Shown piece after piece: positions 20,488 to 31,269 of a DNA stretch of 64,000 nucleotides. Numbering within the stretch: the stretch's first letter is position 1; each line of letters begins with the position of its first letter. Both the position numbers and the translations under genes were made by a program. The stretch is from an uncultured Alphaproteobacteria bacterium. GTDB taxonomy: Bacteria; Pseudomonadota; Alphaproteobacteria; Rs-D84. The notes under the pieces are model-generated. The model did not search any database. It had not been told where the DNA came from and saw only the letters and a list, made by a program, of their open reading frames with translations. The stretch is taken from positions 128,001 to 192,000 of the forward strand of contig CALXXY010000002.1 of NCBI GenBank assembly GCA_944392815.1, written 5' to 3'.

Positions 20488-21588
20488 ATGTCACATTGGA
20501 TAAAACGGACAATATTCCGTACATTTGGGGCTGTGCTGTGCCTGGCGGCATTAACATCGTGCGACGTATCCACCCCAACCCACAGTGGTGACAATTCTGT
20601 AATCCCGTCAAACCTGCGCATGGTGTCATATAATGAATTGCCCGGCTGGCGCGATGACGATGTGCGCTATGCTCTGCAGGCGTTTCGTAATTCATGCCGT
20701 GCAAAAATTCAATTTACCGGCCGCGTAATCCCAGACCGCGCATTATTTGCCGAAAAATGCAGAATGTTGCCGTCTGCGTCGGCCGACGTTGCAACAATTC
20801 GCGCATGGTTCGAATCCAATTTCCAACCGTACCAGATTTTTGACGACAACGGTGGCGACACAGGCCTGTATACTGGATATTATTCGCCGATAATTCCGGG
20901 CTGTCGCACAAAAACCGCCCAATGCAACGAACCGCTAATGGGCGTCCCAACCGACGGCCGTAATTACAAGGGCGTCCCCAAAAAACAAATCGTAGAACAG
21001 CAAATCGGCCGGCCATTATATTGGGCAAACATCGTTGACGTTCAAAACATTCAAATCCAGGGCAGCGGCATGTTGCAACTGGACGACGGTACAATGGTCA
21101 AATTGAATTTCGCCGCAGTAAATGATTTACCATTCAAATCAATTGGTGAACAATTGCGCGCCCGTGGGATTCGCCCGCCAAACGGCTATTCCGCAGACGC
21201 AGTGTGGCAATACCTGAAACAAAACCCAACACTGGCGCGCGAAGTAATTTATAACAATCCGCGCTATGTGTATTTTTACGAATCCGTTCCACCGGACGTC
21301 ATCGGCAAATTGGGAACACCGCTGTCAAAAATCCGTTCCATTGCAATGGACGACGACATTTATACATTGGGATTGCCGGTATACGTTGCGACGTCACTGT
21401 CAGACGGGCGCCAGTTCCGTCGCCTGATGATTGCCCAGGACACCGGCAGTGCCATTCGCGGCTGGATTCGTGCCGACATCTTTTTCGGCAAAGGTGACGA
21501 AGCATATCAATTTGCCCACGGCCAACATTCAATGGGAAAAATGTATATCCTGATGCCCAAAGAATACACATATGTCAAACCTGAATAA
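20488..21588 (+). CDS. mltA: Membrane-bound lytic murein transglycosylase A (lipoprotein)
   Basis: LTSC lipobox, TGYY, IQGSG, AQDTGSAIRG..RADIFFG (3D domain); divergent from secB. Confidence 0.93.
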   Translation: MSHWIKRTIFRTFGAVLCLAALTSCDVSTPTHSGDNSVIPSNLRMVSYNELPGWRDDDVRYALQAFRNSCRAKIQFTGRVIPDRALFAEKCRMLPSASADVATIRAWFESNFQPYQIFDDNGGDTGLYTGYYSPIIPGCRTKTAQCNEPLMGVPTDGRNYKGVPKKQIVEQQIGRPLYWANIVDVQNIQIQGSGMLQLDDGTMVKLNFAAVNDLPFKSIGEQLRARGIRPPNGYSADAVWQYLKQNPTLAREVIYNNPRYVYFYESVPPDVIGKLGTPLSKIRSIAMDDDIYTLGLPVYVATSLSDGRQFRRLMIAQDTGSAIRGWIRADIFFGKGDEAYQFAHGQHSMGKMYILMPKEYTYVKPE

Positions 21589-21901
21589 AAAATTTGAAAA
21601 ACGCAGTGCCCGCCCTGGCACCATCGGTGGTGCAATGGGTGAACTGTTGCAAATTTTTGGCATACGCGCATCGGACGCGGATTTGGCCGCGCGATGGGAT
21701 AAAATCATGGGTCCTGAAATCGCAGGCGTTGCAAAATTGGCGGCAATTAAAAAAATGCGCGATGGTCGATTTAATATCACCCTGCGCCCGGCGAATCCGG
21801 CATTCACATTACAATTATCATATATGGAAAATGAAATAAAAAATAAAATAAATAAATATTTCGGTCGCGACGCCGTCGCCAAAATCAGTTTCCGCAGATA
21901 A
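21572..21901 (+). CDS. DUF721/DciA family protein
   Basis: WDKIMGPEIA, LQLSY...IKNKINKYFG..AVAKI pattern. Confidence 0.8.
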   Translation: MSNLNKKFEKRSARPGTIGGAMGELLQIFGIRASDADLAARWDKIMGPEIAGVAKLAAIKKMRDGRFNITLRPANPAFTLQLSYMENEIKNKINKYFGRDAVAKISFRR

Positions 21902-21997
21902 AGCACTACACAGAATCCCCCCCTTGTCATCGCGAGCAAAGCGTGGCGATCCAGTAAATAAAAAGTACTGCGGGCGTACCACCCGCAGACAACATCT

Positions 21998-22033
21998 ACA
22001 CTCTATACTCTACACTCTACACTCTCCACTCTG
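21998..22033. repeat. Degenerate 7-bp tandem repeat (ACTCTAC-like, about 5 units)
   Basis: acactctatactctacactctacactctccactctg. Confidence 0.7.
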
Positions 22034-22062
22034 TTATTGTCACGCTGTGCGCGACAATAACT

Positions 22063-22347
22063 TTACTGTTTGTTTATCACGCGTCTTTCCCACCAAACGG
22101 CAATTGCCGGCACCAGGAATATTACAACACCCGCCAATCCCCACAGTGCCAATGCGCCAATCGCATAAACATAAAACATCGGTGCAGACACACCCGTCAC
22201 CCACACCCCAAAATACATAACCGCCGGCACAAAAGTCAACGCCCATATCAACAACACTAACAAAGTATTCACCGCAAAAGCCCGAAACAAAATGCGCTGC
22301 TTGGACAATAATTTCATTTGACGTTTTCCAGAAAAATCTTTTTTCAT
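22063..22347 (-). CDS. Small integral membrane protein
   Basis: Two to three TM segments, ends FLVPAIAVWW. Confidence 0.75.
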   Translation of the reverse strand: MKKDFSGKRQMKLLSKQRILFRAFAVNTLLVLLIWALTFVPAVMYFGVWVTGVSAPMFYVYAIGALALWGLAGVVIFLVPAIAVWWERRVINKQ

Positions 22348-22395
22348 ATCTGCCACCTTTGGTTCATACATTATTATATCACATTAACAGATATA

Positions 22396-22872
22396 TTAAA
22401 ATTTGAATCTGCTCATATTCGCATGGGTCAACGCAATCGCAATAGCGTCACTTTCATCAGGCGTTTTTGGATTGGCGGCCGGCAACAACATACGCACCAT
22501 TTTATAAATTTGCTCTTTGCCCGCATGCCCCGCAGACGTCAGGGCTTTTTTAATTTTATTTGGTTCGTATTCAAAAATCGGAATATCCCGATTGGCCACC
22601 GCCACAATTGCCGCCGCACGCGCATGCCCCAAAATCAGCGTAGTTTTTGGATTTTGATTTACAAATGTAATTTCAATACTGCACACGTCCGGCGAAAATT
22701 TTTGACACAAATCGTCCACCCCGCGAAAAATAGTCACCAACCGTTCCGGCAACGGCAAATTCGATTTAGGCAAAATCACGCCACTGGCGACATAGTGATA
22801 CGCCGGCCCATCAACATCTATGACGGCCCACCCCGTATGCAACAAACCTGGATCAATTCCCAAAACCCGCAT
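22396..22872 (-). CDS. ruvC: Holliday junction resolvase RuvC
   Basis: LGIDPG, IEITFV, DESDAIAIALTH. Confidence 0.97.
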   Translation of the reverse strand: MRVLGIDPGLLHTGWAVIDVDGPAYHYVASGVILPKSNLPLPERLVTIFRGVDDLCQKFSPDVCSIEITFVNQNPKTTLILGHARAAAIVAVANRDIPIFEYEPNKIKKALTSAGHAGKEQIYKMVRMLLPAANPKTPDESDAIAIALTHANMSRFKF

Positions 22873-22924
22873 TTTATACCTTTATATAATATGTAATATA
22901 ATAACATAATATAAAACTAATTAC

Positions 22925-22953
22925 AAAAAATCCGCGCAGGTGGCGCGGATTTT
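22925..22953 (-). terminator. Intrinsic terminator of yebC-family gene
   Basis: aaaatccgcgc / gcgcggatttt hairpin. Confidence 0.75.
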
Positions 22954-22975
22954 AATTGCAACTGGTGCCCTGGAT

Positions 22976-23692
22976 TTATGCGGCGGCGGTGAAAACCTTC
23001 TGCACGTCGTCATTATCGTCCAACGCATCAACCAGTTTTTCCAATTTTGCATATGCTTCGTCGTCCAAATCCATAGGCATATTCGGAATCCATGTCAATT
23101 CGGCTTTTTCCGGTTCACCCAATTTATCGGCCAACACTTTTTGTACAGTCATAAAATCATCTGGCTTGGTCGTGATGATGAATCCATCTTCGTCAGATTC
23201 CAAATTGTCGGCATTTGCGTCCATAATGATTTCCATCATTTCATCTTCGCTTTTGCCGATGGACGCAGGATAGAAAATCTGACCAGCACGTGTGAACATA
23301 AATACAACACTGCCCTCTTCGCCCATGTTGCCACCATTTTTGGCAAAGATATTGCGAATTTCAGGAACGGTTCTGCGCGGGTTGTCGGTTAATGCCTCGA
23401 CAATAACGGGAACGGCGCCCGGACCATAACCCTCGTACCGCACGGCCACATAGTTTTCAGTATTTGCGCCAGATGCTTTGTCAATTGCGCGTTTAATATT
23501 GTCATTGGGCATAGAGTTTTTACGTGCATTTAAAATCGCCAAACGCAGACGCGGATTGTTATCCGGATTTTTATCGCCCAATTTGGCGGCCATAGTTATT
23601 TCACGCGCCAATTTTGTAAACAAACCACTGCGCGCCGCATCAACAGCACCCTTTTTGTGCTGAATGTTATGCCATTTGCTGTGTCCACTCAT
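22976..23692 (-). CDS. yebC: YebC/PmpR family protein
   Basis: MSGHSKWHNIQHKK, YEGYGPG, EALTDN, DDVQKVF. Confidence 0.96.
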   Translation of the reverse strand: MSGHSKWHNIQHKKGAVDAARSGLFTKLAREITMAAKLGDKNPDNNPRLRLAILNARKNSMPNDNIKRAIDKASGANTENYVAVRYEGYGPGAVPVIVEALTDNPRRTVPEIRNIFAKNGGNMGEEGSVVFMFTRAGQIFYPASIGKSEDEMMEIIMDANADNLESDEDGFIITTKPDDFMTVQKVLADKLGEPEKAELTWIPNMPMDLDDEAYAKLEKLVDALDDNDDVQKVFTAAA

Positions 23693-23744
23693 AATTTGAC
23701 CTTTTATATATATTGGATTAAAATTACTGGCAAAAGGATACCAA

Positions 23745-24323
23745 ATGATTGGAAAATTGCAAGGAAATGTTGACTACGTCGGTGACGGATTCATCATCTT
23801 GATGACAGGCGGCGTGGGATACAAAGTTTTTACCCCAGAATATCTGACGCCAAATTCCAATGTTTCCCTGTGGATTGAAACCGTCGTACGCGAGGATTCA
23901 ATTCGCCTGTTCGGTTTTTCATCAATTGCCGCACAAAATTTGTTTAATCAATTAACGGCTGTATCTGGCGTTGGCCCAAAATTGGCACTGGCAATAATGG
24001 GCGCGATTAAAACAGATACATTAATGACGGCAATCGCAACGGGCGACGCAAAAACAATCACCGCCGCCCCCGGGGTTGGTAAAAAAGTGGCCGAAAAAAT
24101 CATAGTCGAATTAAAATCCAAAATTGGCGGCGCATCATTTTCTGTACCGGGCGCGTCTGATACGTCTGGCGCCCTGCCCGATTTATTGGCCGCACTGGAA
24201 TCATTGGGATACAGACGTTTGGACATTGTGGACATGGCACAAAAATTGGTATCGGAAAATCCAGACGCCGATGTATCAAAACTGGTACCAATGGCATTAA
24301 AACAAATCAGCGGGAATAAATAA
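23745..24323 (+). CDS. ruvA: Holliday junction branch migration protein RuvA
   Basis: GGVGY, VREDSIRLFGF, VSGVGPKLA, PGVGKKVAEKIIVELK. Confidence 0.96.
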   Translation: MIGKLQGNVDYVGDGFIILMTGGVGYKVFTPEYLTPNSNVSLWIETVVREDSIRLFGFSSIAAQNLFNQLTAVSGVGPKLALAIMGAIKTDTLMTAIATGDAKTITAAPGVGKKVAEKIIVELKSKIGGASFSVPGASDTSGALPDLLAALESLGYRRLDIVDMAQKLVSENPDADVSKLVPMALKQISGNK

Positions 24324-24325
24324 AT

Positions 24326-25636
24326 ATGAACAATAACGAAACAATTTTTGCGCTGTCGTCGGGACATGGAAAATCCGGTGTCGCAGTCATACGTGTATCG
24401 GGCGACGATTTGTATAATCTGTTTTTGCAAATCACAAATCGCAAATCTGCGGACAGTCGCCACGCATATTTTGCAAATTTTCGCGACACCGCCGGCGATT
24501 TAATTGACCAGGTTATCGCCGTGTACTTTGCCGCCCCCCACTCTTTCACCGGCACAGATGTTATTGAAATACATTCCCATGGCGCGCCGGCCGTTGTTGA
24601 AAAAATATTTGAATACCTGCGTGATATGGGCGCCCGCATGGCGGTGCCGGGCGAATTTTCACGTCGCGCATTTTATAATAACAAAATGGATTTGGCGGAC
24701 ATAGACGGCCTGGCGGCACTGCTGGACGCACAAACAGACGCCCAACGAAAATCGGCACTGGCGTCTATGTTGGGCGGCGACAGTGAAATATATAACGCAT
24801 GGCGGGGGCAGATGATTGAAATTTCCGCGTATGCGGCGGCAATCCTGGATTACGCAGATGATGAATTACCCGCAAACATCGGGGAAACAATCCACATCAA
24901 AACAAAAAAATTATACGATGAAATTACCACCGCCATTTCGCGCTATGCGGCGGTTCGCGCCATACGCAGCGGTTTTAACGTTGCATTGGTTGGGCGCACA
25001 AACGTTGGAAAATCATCGCTGTTTAATGCGATTCTGGGTGCAAATCGCGCCATAGTATCAGACACCCCCGGCACCACCCGCGACGTAGTTTCCGCCACTA
25101 TCGACATGGGCGGATATATGGTGAACTTATCAGACACGGCCGGAATCCGCCGCGCCACCGACACGGTTGAAAAACAGGGAATCGAACGCACAAAAACCGA
25201 AATCGAAAACGCAGACATTATAATATATGTACAAAGCGCAACGAACAAAATCACAATCCCGCCACGCCACGCACAAAACGAAATTTATGTTGTAAACAAA
25301 TCGGACGTCGGCAAAAATCCACCCGCCCACGGCGCTGTGTATGTATCCGCCAAAACGGGCGATGGGATAAAAAAATTAATCACCGCAATAAACAAAAAAA
25401 TCGCACGCATCGCCATGACGGCCGAATCCGGCGTTGCAGTAAACGCCCGCACACGCGAATTGTTAACCACAGCGGCCACAGAATTAAAATCTGCCCTGGC
25501 CGCGCCAACGGGCAATTATGACATATTCGCCGAACACACCCGTCGCGCAGCGGACGCAATTGGAAAAATCCTGGGCACTATTACAGCGGCCGATGTTCTG
25601 GACGCCACATTTTCACAATTATGTTTAGGAAAATGA
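24326..25636 (+). CDS. mnmE: tRNA modification GTPase MnmE
   Basis: SFTGTDVIEIHSHG, GRTNVGKSSL, GTTRD, DTAG, C-terminal CLGK. Confidence 0.96.
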   Translation: MNNNETIFALSSGHGKSGVAVIRVSGDDLYNLFLQITNRKSADSRHAYFANFRDTAGDLIDQVIAVYFAAPHSFTGTDVIEIHSHGAPAVVEKIFEYLRDMGARMAVPGEFSRRAFYNNKMDLADIDGLAALLDAQTDAQRKSALASMLGGDSEIYNAWRGQMIEISAYAAAILDYADDELPANIGETIHIKTKKLYDEITTAISRYAAVRAIRSGFNVALVGRTNVGKSSLFNAILGANRAIVSDTPGTTRDVVSATIDMGGYMVNLSDTAGIRRATDTVEKQGIERTKTEIENADIIIYVQSATNKITIPPRHAQNEIYVVNKSDVGKNPPAHGAVYVSAKTGDGIKKLITAINKKIARIAMTAESGVAVNARTRELLTTAATELKSALAAPTGNYDIFAEHTRRAADAIGKILGTITAADVLDATFSQLCLGK

Positions 25637-25775
25637 AATATTAATTTGATTTTACATAAATTTTCACAAAGTTATAAAAACACTTTAACTTTATTTACAG
25701 GGGGTGAACTCATGCAGTATTTATACACTACATGAGTTCGTTGCCCCCACAGCAGGTGTGCCGTTATATTTGATT

Positions 25776-27356
25776 TTACTCGTGACGATTGGGATATTTG
25801 CCCTCTATCAAATTCTGACGCACCACGTGATGCTTTACCTTTTGCGTACTGGTGGTGGGTAAATCATCGGTTGTCATGGCGAAATGCGTCACCCATTTAT
25901 ATGAAGCGACTTTTTTATTCGCCTGGGCAACGGCCGCAGCCAATTTTTCCATGGTCATATCGGGTTCGACACTAAACACGCCATATGTGACGGTTTTGTT
26001 TTTAACCTTGTGTTCGAACACGGCGACATTTTTAACACCGGGGATTTCGATAAACATGCCCTCTAATTCATCAGGATACACGTTTTTACCGGAATCCAAC
26101 ACAATGACCTGTTTTTTACGTCCGGCGAAATGCAGTTCACCATTTTTATCCATGGTCACCATATCGCCAGTGTTAAAGAACCCACGATCATCAAACACTT
26201 CGGCATTTACGGCCGGATTATTCATATATCCGCCAAACACCTGGTGACCGCGCACCCACAAAACACCGACGCCATCTTCGTTTTTATCACGAATTTCGCA
26301 TTCGTTATTAATGGTCGGTCCACCAAAGGCGAACGGGAAACGTTTTTTTGTTGGCTTTGAAATACAGATTGGCCCCACAGTTTCGGTCAAACCATATCCC
26401 TGAATAAACGTCAATCCCAACCGTTCATAGAACGTTTCAACCTCGGGCTTGGTGGCGGCACCACCGGCAATCAACAATCGTGCACGTCCGCCAAACACGT
26501 CCAGCACAGGTTTTTGAACCTTTTTCACCAACCCGCCCAGGCCGATTTTCTGCAGTATTTTGCCATATTTTAATACCACAGACACCAACCACCATTTATG
26601 TTGGGCTTTGATATTTTCTATGATGCGATTACGCAGAACCTCCCACAATCTGGGGACAGCCGGAATAACATGCGGGCGATACGCTTTGAAATCGGCCATG
26701 ATTTCCTTTGGATTAATGCTGGGCTGCAACAGAACGCCGGCGCCATAATGCAGCGTTGCCAACAATTCCACCGCGAACCCGAAAATATGATACATTGGCA
26801 AAAATCCATACATCACAAATCCGGGCTTAATCCAGTGATGCATGTCTTCCAATGAATTGGAACATTCCACCAAATTAAAATGCGTCAGTGGCACAACCTT
26901 TGGCGTACCAGTTGAACCCGACGTAAACGACAGCGTCGCAACATCAGTCGCGTCCAACGCCACAGGTTTTAACCGCGCGTCCAGTTTTTCGTCCGGCTGC
27001 GTAATATCATAAAATTTAAACTTTTTCGTTTTATAGAAAAATGACGGTTCAGCGCACACCAAATGACACTTGGTGATTTCCGTCATATTATCATATTCAA
27101 ACGGTGTTAAATTGGTATCCAGCAACAACGCAGTCCCGCCCAAATACCAGATTGCAAACAAAGTAATCGGAAATTCTGGGATATTATGCGCCAGCACACC
27201 AACCACATCACCCTGCTTTACACCGGCGGCATGCAGCGAGGTTGCGCGTTTTTTCACCAATTCCACAAATCCTGTGAACGTGACCCCTTCGCGGACCAGG
27301 AATAAATTATCCGGCCATTTTGCTGTGGTCTGTTCCAGCAATTGATACATATTCAT
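25776..27356 (-). CDS. Long-chain fatty acid--CoA ligase (AMP-binding)
   Basis: FTSGSTGTPK, QGYGLTE, FNTGD, GKNVYP. Confidence 0.9.
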   Translation of the reverse strand: MNMYQLLEQTTAKWPDNLFLVREGVTFTGFVELVKKRATSLHAAGVKQGDVVGVLAHNIPEFPITLFAIWYLGGTALLLDTNLTPFEYDNMTEITKCHLVCAEPSFFYKTKKFKFYDITQPDEKLDARLKPVALDATDVATLSFTSGSTGTPKVVPLTHFNLVECSNSLEDMHHWIKPGFVMYGFLPMYHIFGFAVELLATLHYGAGVLLQPSINPKEIMADFKAYRPHVIPAVPRLWEVLRNRIIENIKAQHKWWLVSVVLKYGKILQKIGLGGLVKKVQKPVLDVFGGRARLLIAGGAATKPEVETFYERLGLTFIQGYGLTETVGPICISKPTKKRFPFAFGGPTINNECEIRDKNEDGVGVLWVRGHQVFGGYMNNPAVNAEVFDDRGFFNTGDMVTMDKNGELHFAGRKKQVIVLDSGKNVYPDELEGMFIEIPGVKNVAVFEHKVKNKTVTYGVFSVEPDMTMEKLAAAVAQANKKVASYKWVTHFAMTTDDLPTTSTQKVKHHVVRQNLIEGKYPNRHE

Positions 27357-27425
27357 AATAAAAATTCCTTGTTGTTTTTATATTGGACAACCACTATTAT
27401 ATCCACCAAGGAAAAGATTGCAATT

Positions 27426-28196
27426 ATGAAAATACTTACACTGAACATCAATTCTATACGTGCCCACGCAGAAAGTTTTATTGATATTTTGCGTGCTGGT
27501 GAATACGACACTATCCTGGTCCAGGAATTAAAGGTTGATAACGCCAATTTCCCATACAATATATTTGACGATTTTGGGTATAATATAAAAGTTTTCGGCC
27601 AAAAATCCTGGAATGGCGTGGCCGTATTTTCCAAATATTCTATCGAAGATGTCACATGTGGCATGCCGAATTTCCCGGACACAAACGCCAGATTTATCGA
27701 ATGCGTAATTGACGGTCATGTGCGGATAATCAACGTATACATGCCAAATGGCGACACAGTCGATTCCCCGAAATTCCCATATAAATTGGATTGGATGCGC
27801 GCATTTACCGAATACATCAAACAATACACCGCGTCCCCAGAACAGGTTATAATCGGCGGGGATTTTAACGTGGCCCTGACCGACGCAGACGTATGGAAAC
27901 CCGCAAATTATGTCGGAATTGCCATCGCCGCACCGGCCGCCCGCGAAATAATGCAATCGTGGATTGATATGGGCTGGGTGGACGTATGGCGCACCCTGCA
28001 CCCGGATACGATTGGATACACATGGTACGGATATCGTGGCGGTGATACAGTCGGCAAAAACATGGGATTACGCCTGGATTATTTTCTGGCAAATGCCGCG
28101 GCGATGAGTGCGGTAAAATTCTGCGAAATAGATACAGCCCCGCGCATGGCCCCAAAACCCACAGACCATTGCGGATTAATGATAAAACTGGATTAA
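27426..28196 (+). CDS. xth: Exodeoxyribonuclease III
   Basis: NINSIR, QELK, GQKSWNGVA, GGDFN, GLRLDY, TDH. Confidence 0.94.
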   Translation: MKILTLNINSIRAHAESFIDILRAGEYDTILVQELKVDNANFPYNIFDDFGYNIKVFGQKSWNGVAVFSKYSIEDVTCGMPNFPDTNARFIECVIDGHVRIINVYMPNGDTVDSPKFPYKLDWMRAFTEYIKQYTASPEQVIIGGDFNVALTDADVWKPANYVGIAIAAPAAREIMQSWIDMGWVDVWRTLHPDTIGYTWYGYRGGDTVGKNMGLRLDYFLANAAAMSAVKFCEIDTAPRMAPKPTDHCGLMIKLD

Positions 28197-30722
28197 TTAA
28201 TCGTCCACCCGCGCCAGGTCATCATACACTTTGTATTTAATATCACCCGTTGGCCTGTATTCATACGGCGCGCCCCCAACCAGGAATATATCAATCATTT
28301 CCTTGGCCCGGCCAACCGCAGCATTCATCATTTCCTGGGTGGTGGCGGCATCAAAATCAATTACCCGCGCGTCATTGTGTTTCAATTGCAAAAATTTCAT
28401 AACAGGCGCATTGGATTTTTCCGTCACATTTAACGAAAAACCCCCGTTTTGCAGCATATACGCCTCGATAGGCAACTGTGGCATATTACCTTTGTCCAAT
28501 TGTGATTTTGTGGGTGCGGCCCCAGTTTTAATGTCCATCACACCGCCGTCCCACACGCGGTCAGCGCGCGCACGAATAACATGCCCATCAATCACCATTT
28601 TACCGGGCACTTCGGCCACACTGTGCGGAATTTGCGCCATAAAATTGGAAATCACAGGCGCAATTTCGACAAACCGCCTGTGCCAAAAATGAAACAGAAC
28701 ACTGTCTGTGCCCAATTTTTCCAACGCACGCGCGTCCATTTGTCGCACCAGATTATCAACTGAAAAATCACGTGACGTTTCAATTACACTGTGCACCAGA
28801 TTTCCAAAATCCCGCACGTCTGGCCCCACCCAATAATCGTCCAACACGCGCAAACGCAACATATGCCGCACATAGAACGCGTATGGATTGTGAATTAACA
28901 ATTCCAATTCGGTCACATACACGTCACCCCAATCTTGGTCAACAGACGGTGGCGAATAATCCAATGGCCGCGCGTCAACCGCGTCGCGCCCACGCACAGC
29001 ACCCAAAATATCGGCCGCCGCATTCGACACATCAAACGCACCACGTCGCACAATTACACGTGATAGAAATCGCGATGCGGTCGTTTTAACCCCACCGGCC
29101 GTGGCACTGCGGGTCCAATACACTTCTGGTCCACATGATAAATTCATAAAATCCAATGATTGCAAAGATACTTTTCTGTCGGGCGACGGCAATCCAATTT
29201 GTTCGGCAACCGCACGCGGCAACCACGCGTTTTCATAACCCCGCGCCGGGAACATGCCGTCATTTAACCCGGTCAGTATCACAACATCAGCCGTCTGCAT
29301 ACGCGATTCGATCGTCCCCAACACAATGATTTTAGCCGCGTCATTCATGGGGTTGCGCACCTGGACACCGGAAATCGCGTCCGCCAACAACGCCCGTGCA
29401 CCGGGCAAATCAATTTGCACCCCCGCGCGCGCCACACACTCAGACAATTCAGAAATCGCCCCCCATACCTGAACAGACGCCGCGTCCGCCACCTCAAATG
29501 CAGGCGTAAAATTAATTTCACCACCATCAACCAAATTAATTATCAAATTCATCAAATTACAATCGGCCGCCATATACAGCGCATCAAACACAGAATTTTT
29601 ACCCTGTTGCAGCCAATCATCAAACAAATTTAAAATTGCACGCCCCGCGGGCACCATGGTTCCAGGCACCCCACCCGAAAAATCCGCGTCCAACCCGCGC
29701 CCCGCCAGCGCAGACGCAATACGCTGATTCCCCGCCGCGTCCGGCGTTATCACCAACACAGATTTATCATCGCGCACAGCGCGCGCAGCAATTTCAGCAA
29801 CTGCGGCGGCTTCCTCGCTTTCGCGGTCGCACACAATTAAATGGCAATTGCGCACAGAATCCGTTCCATGGGCGGGCGCAGGCGAATTTCCAAACGCATG
29901 ATTTAAAAATTCAATTGGCGACGCGCCCACATCAATTGGGATTAAATCAGCCGGCCGCACCCCAATCCGCGATAAAAATTTATATTCGGCATTATACGGA
30001 TTTGTATACAATTCAAAATCAGACACGTCCCCCGCAATATGCCCAGACATTATAATCCGCCCATGTGCCGCGCCCGCCACCGCCGCCATTAAATCAGCCG
30101 TCGCCGGCACCGACGCAGTCGACGCACAAACAATAACCAATTTATATTGATTTAAATGCCCAATCCATGCGCGAATATCGGCATTACGCTTTTGCGTCAC
30201 AGTTGGCCGATTATCAGATATTTCATTTTGTACACCGGCCAAAATTCCTAAAATTTCCGCTTTGTGCTGAAAATGCGCGGCATATTTTTCATCGACCAAA
30301 CCCGCCCAGTCAATTGTTGTGGCGTCAATTCCTTCGTTTTCCAGATAATTTTGCATACGCAATAAATCATGCGCCACCGGCAACGCAGTCGCCAAATTTC
30401 CAATACTGCTGTCCGCGGTCAACAGTTTGGCAACCGTCACCACACGCAAAGTATCCGACACAGCGTCCGTATTTTCCGCGTCATTATCTGCATCATCATC
30501 GGGGTCATCGGTACCCTCGCCCAGTGCGACCAAACGTGGCAAAATAATGCTGTGGCCCGCCCGCGCAACCAAATATTTTTCCACCCCACGCACAGCACGT
30601 CTGCTGGGCAAAAAAATCAGCATATCTGCCATATCCACCCCGGACATATCCATCACGCGCACCAACGCGTCCATCATTCGTCCAGGATTAGTTGCATAAA
30701 AAATATTTTTATTTGATTCCAA
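28197..30722 (-). CDS. addB: AddB-like double-strand break repair protein with C-terminal PD-(D/E)XK nuclease
   Basis: FLPSRRA, GLNDGMFP, SRFL, RADR..MDIKTG, QLPIEA as in alphaproteobacterial AddB. Confidence 0.85.
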   Translation of the reverse strand: MESNKNIFYATNPGRMMDALVRVMDMSGVDMADMLIFLPSRRAVRGVEKYLVARAGHSIILPRLVALGEGTDDPDDDADNDAENTDAVSDTLRVVTVAKLLTADSSIGNLATALPVAHDLLRMQNYLENEGIDATTIDWAGLVDEKYAAHFQHKAEILGILAGVQNEISDNRPTVTQKRNADIRAWIGHLNQYKLVIVCASTASVPATADLMAAVAGAAHGRIIMSGHIAGDVSDFELYTNPYNAEYKFLSRIGVRPADLIPIDVGASPIEFLNHAFGNSPAPAHGTDSVRNCHLIVCDRESEEAAAVAEIAARAVRDDKSVLVITPDAAGNQRIASALAGRGLDADFSGGVPGTMVPAGRAILNLFDDWLQQGKNSVFDALYMAADCNLMNLIINLVDGGEINFTPAFEVADAASVQVWGAISELSECVARAGVQIDLPGARALLADAISGVQVRNPMNDAAKIIVLGTIESRMQTADVVILTGLNDGMFPARGYENAWLPRAVAEQIGLPSPDRKVSLQSLDFMNLSCGPEVYWTRSATAGGVKTTASRFLSRVIVRRGAFDVSNAAADILGAVRGRDAVDARPLDYSPPSVDQDWGDVYVTELELLIHNPYAFYVRHMLRLRVLDDYWVGPDVRDFGNLVHSVIETSRDFSVDNLVRQMDARALEKLGTDSVLFHFWHRRFVEIAPVISNFMAQIPHSVAEVPGKMVIDGHVIRARADRVWDGGVMDIKTGAAPTKSQLDKGNMPQLPIEAYMLQNGGFSLNVTEKSNAPVMKFLQLKHNDARVIDFDAATTQEMMNAAVGRAKEMIDIFLVGGAPYEYRPTGDIKYKVYDDLARVDD

Positions 30723-31269
30723 TTATTGCCCTGATTGGTTCAATTCCAGTTTTCTTTTCCGCCGACGTTTCCAAAATATCGGCCGCCATTGCCGGGTGAT
30801 TTTCATGTGAAATTTGTTGCTGATTTTGTTCACGTACCCGCTTGTCACGTTTGGTGTATACAACCTGATACGCAATACCATGCGCATCGCAAAAATCCAT
30901 TAAATCCAAATCAGCCGGCCGCACCCCAATCCGCGAATCCACCAACACAAACAATCGTCGCAATTGACTGCGCGTCATCAAATATTCTTCCAGTCGGCGC
31001 ACCCATTGCATGGCCACATCGCGTGAAACCCGCGCATACCCGTATCCAGGCAAATCGACAATCATTACCCTGTCGTCAATATTAAACAGGTTCAACGTCT
31101 GGGTCCGCCCGGGTGTATTTGACGTCCGCGCCACATTTTGCCCCAACACAGCATTTATCAATGACGATTTGCCAACATTACTGCGCCCAACAAACGCATA
31201 TTCAGGAAATTGCGTATTCGGCAAATCAGCCACCCGTTCAAATCCGCCAACGAATTTAATCATCTGCAT
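30709..31269 (-). CDS. engB: GTP-binding protein EngB/YihA
   Basis: GRSNVGKSSLIN, TPGRTQ, DLPGYG, TKRDK. Confidence 0.95.
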   Translation of the reverse strand: MQMIKFVGGFERVADLPNTQFPEYAFVGRSNVGKSSLINAVLGQNVARTSNTPGRTQTLNLFNIDDRVMIVDLPGYGYARVSRDVAMQWVRRLEEYLMTRSQLRRLFVLVDSRIGVRPADLDLMDFCDAHGIAYQVVYTKRDKRVREQNQQQISHENHPAMAADILETSAEKKTGIEPIRAIIGIK

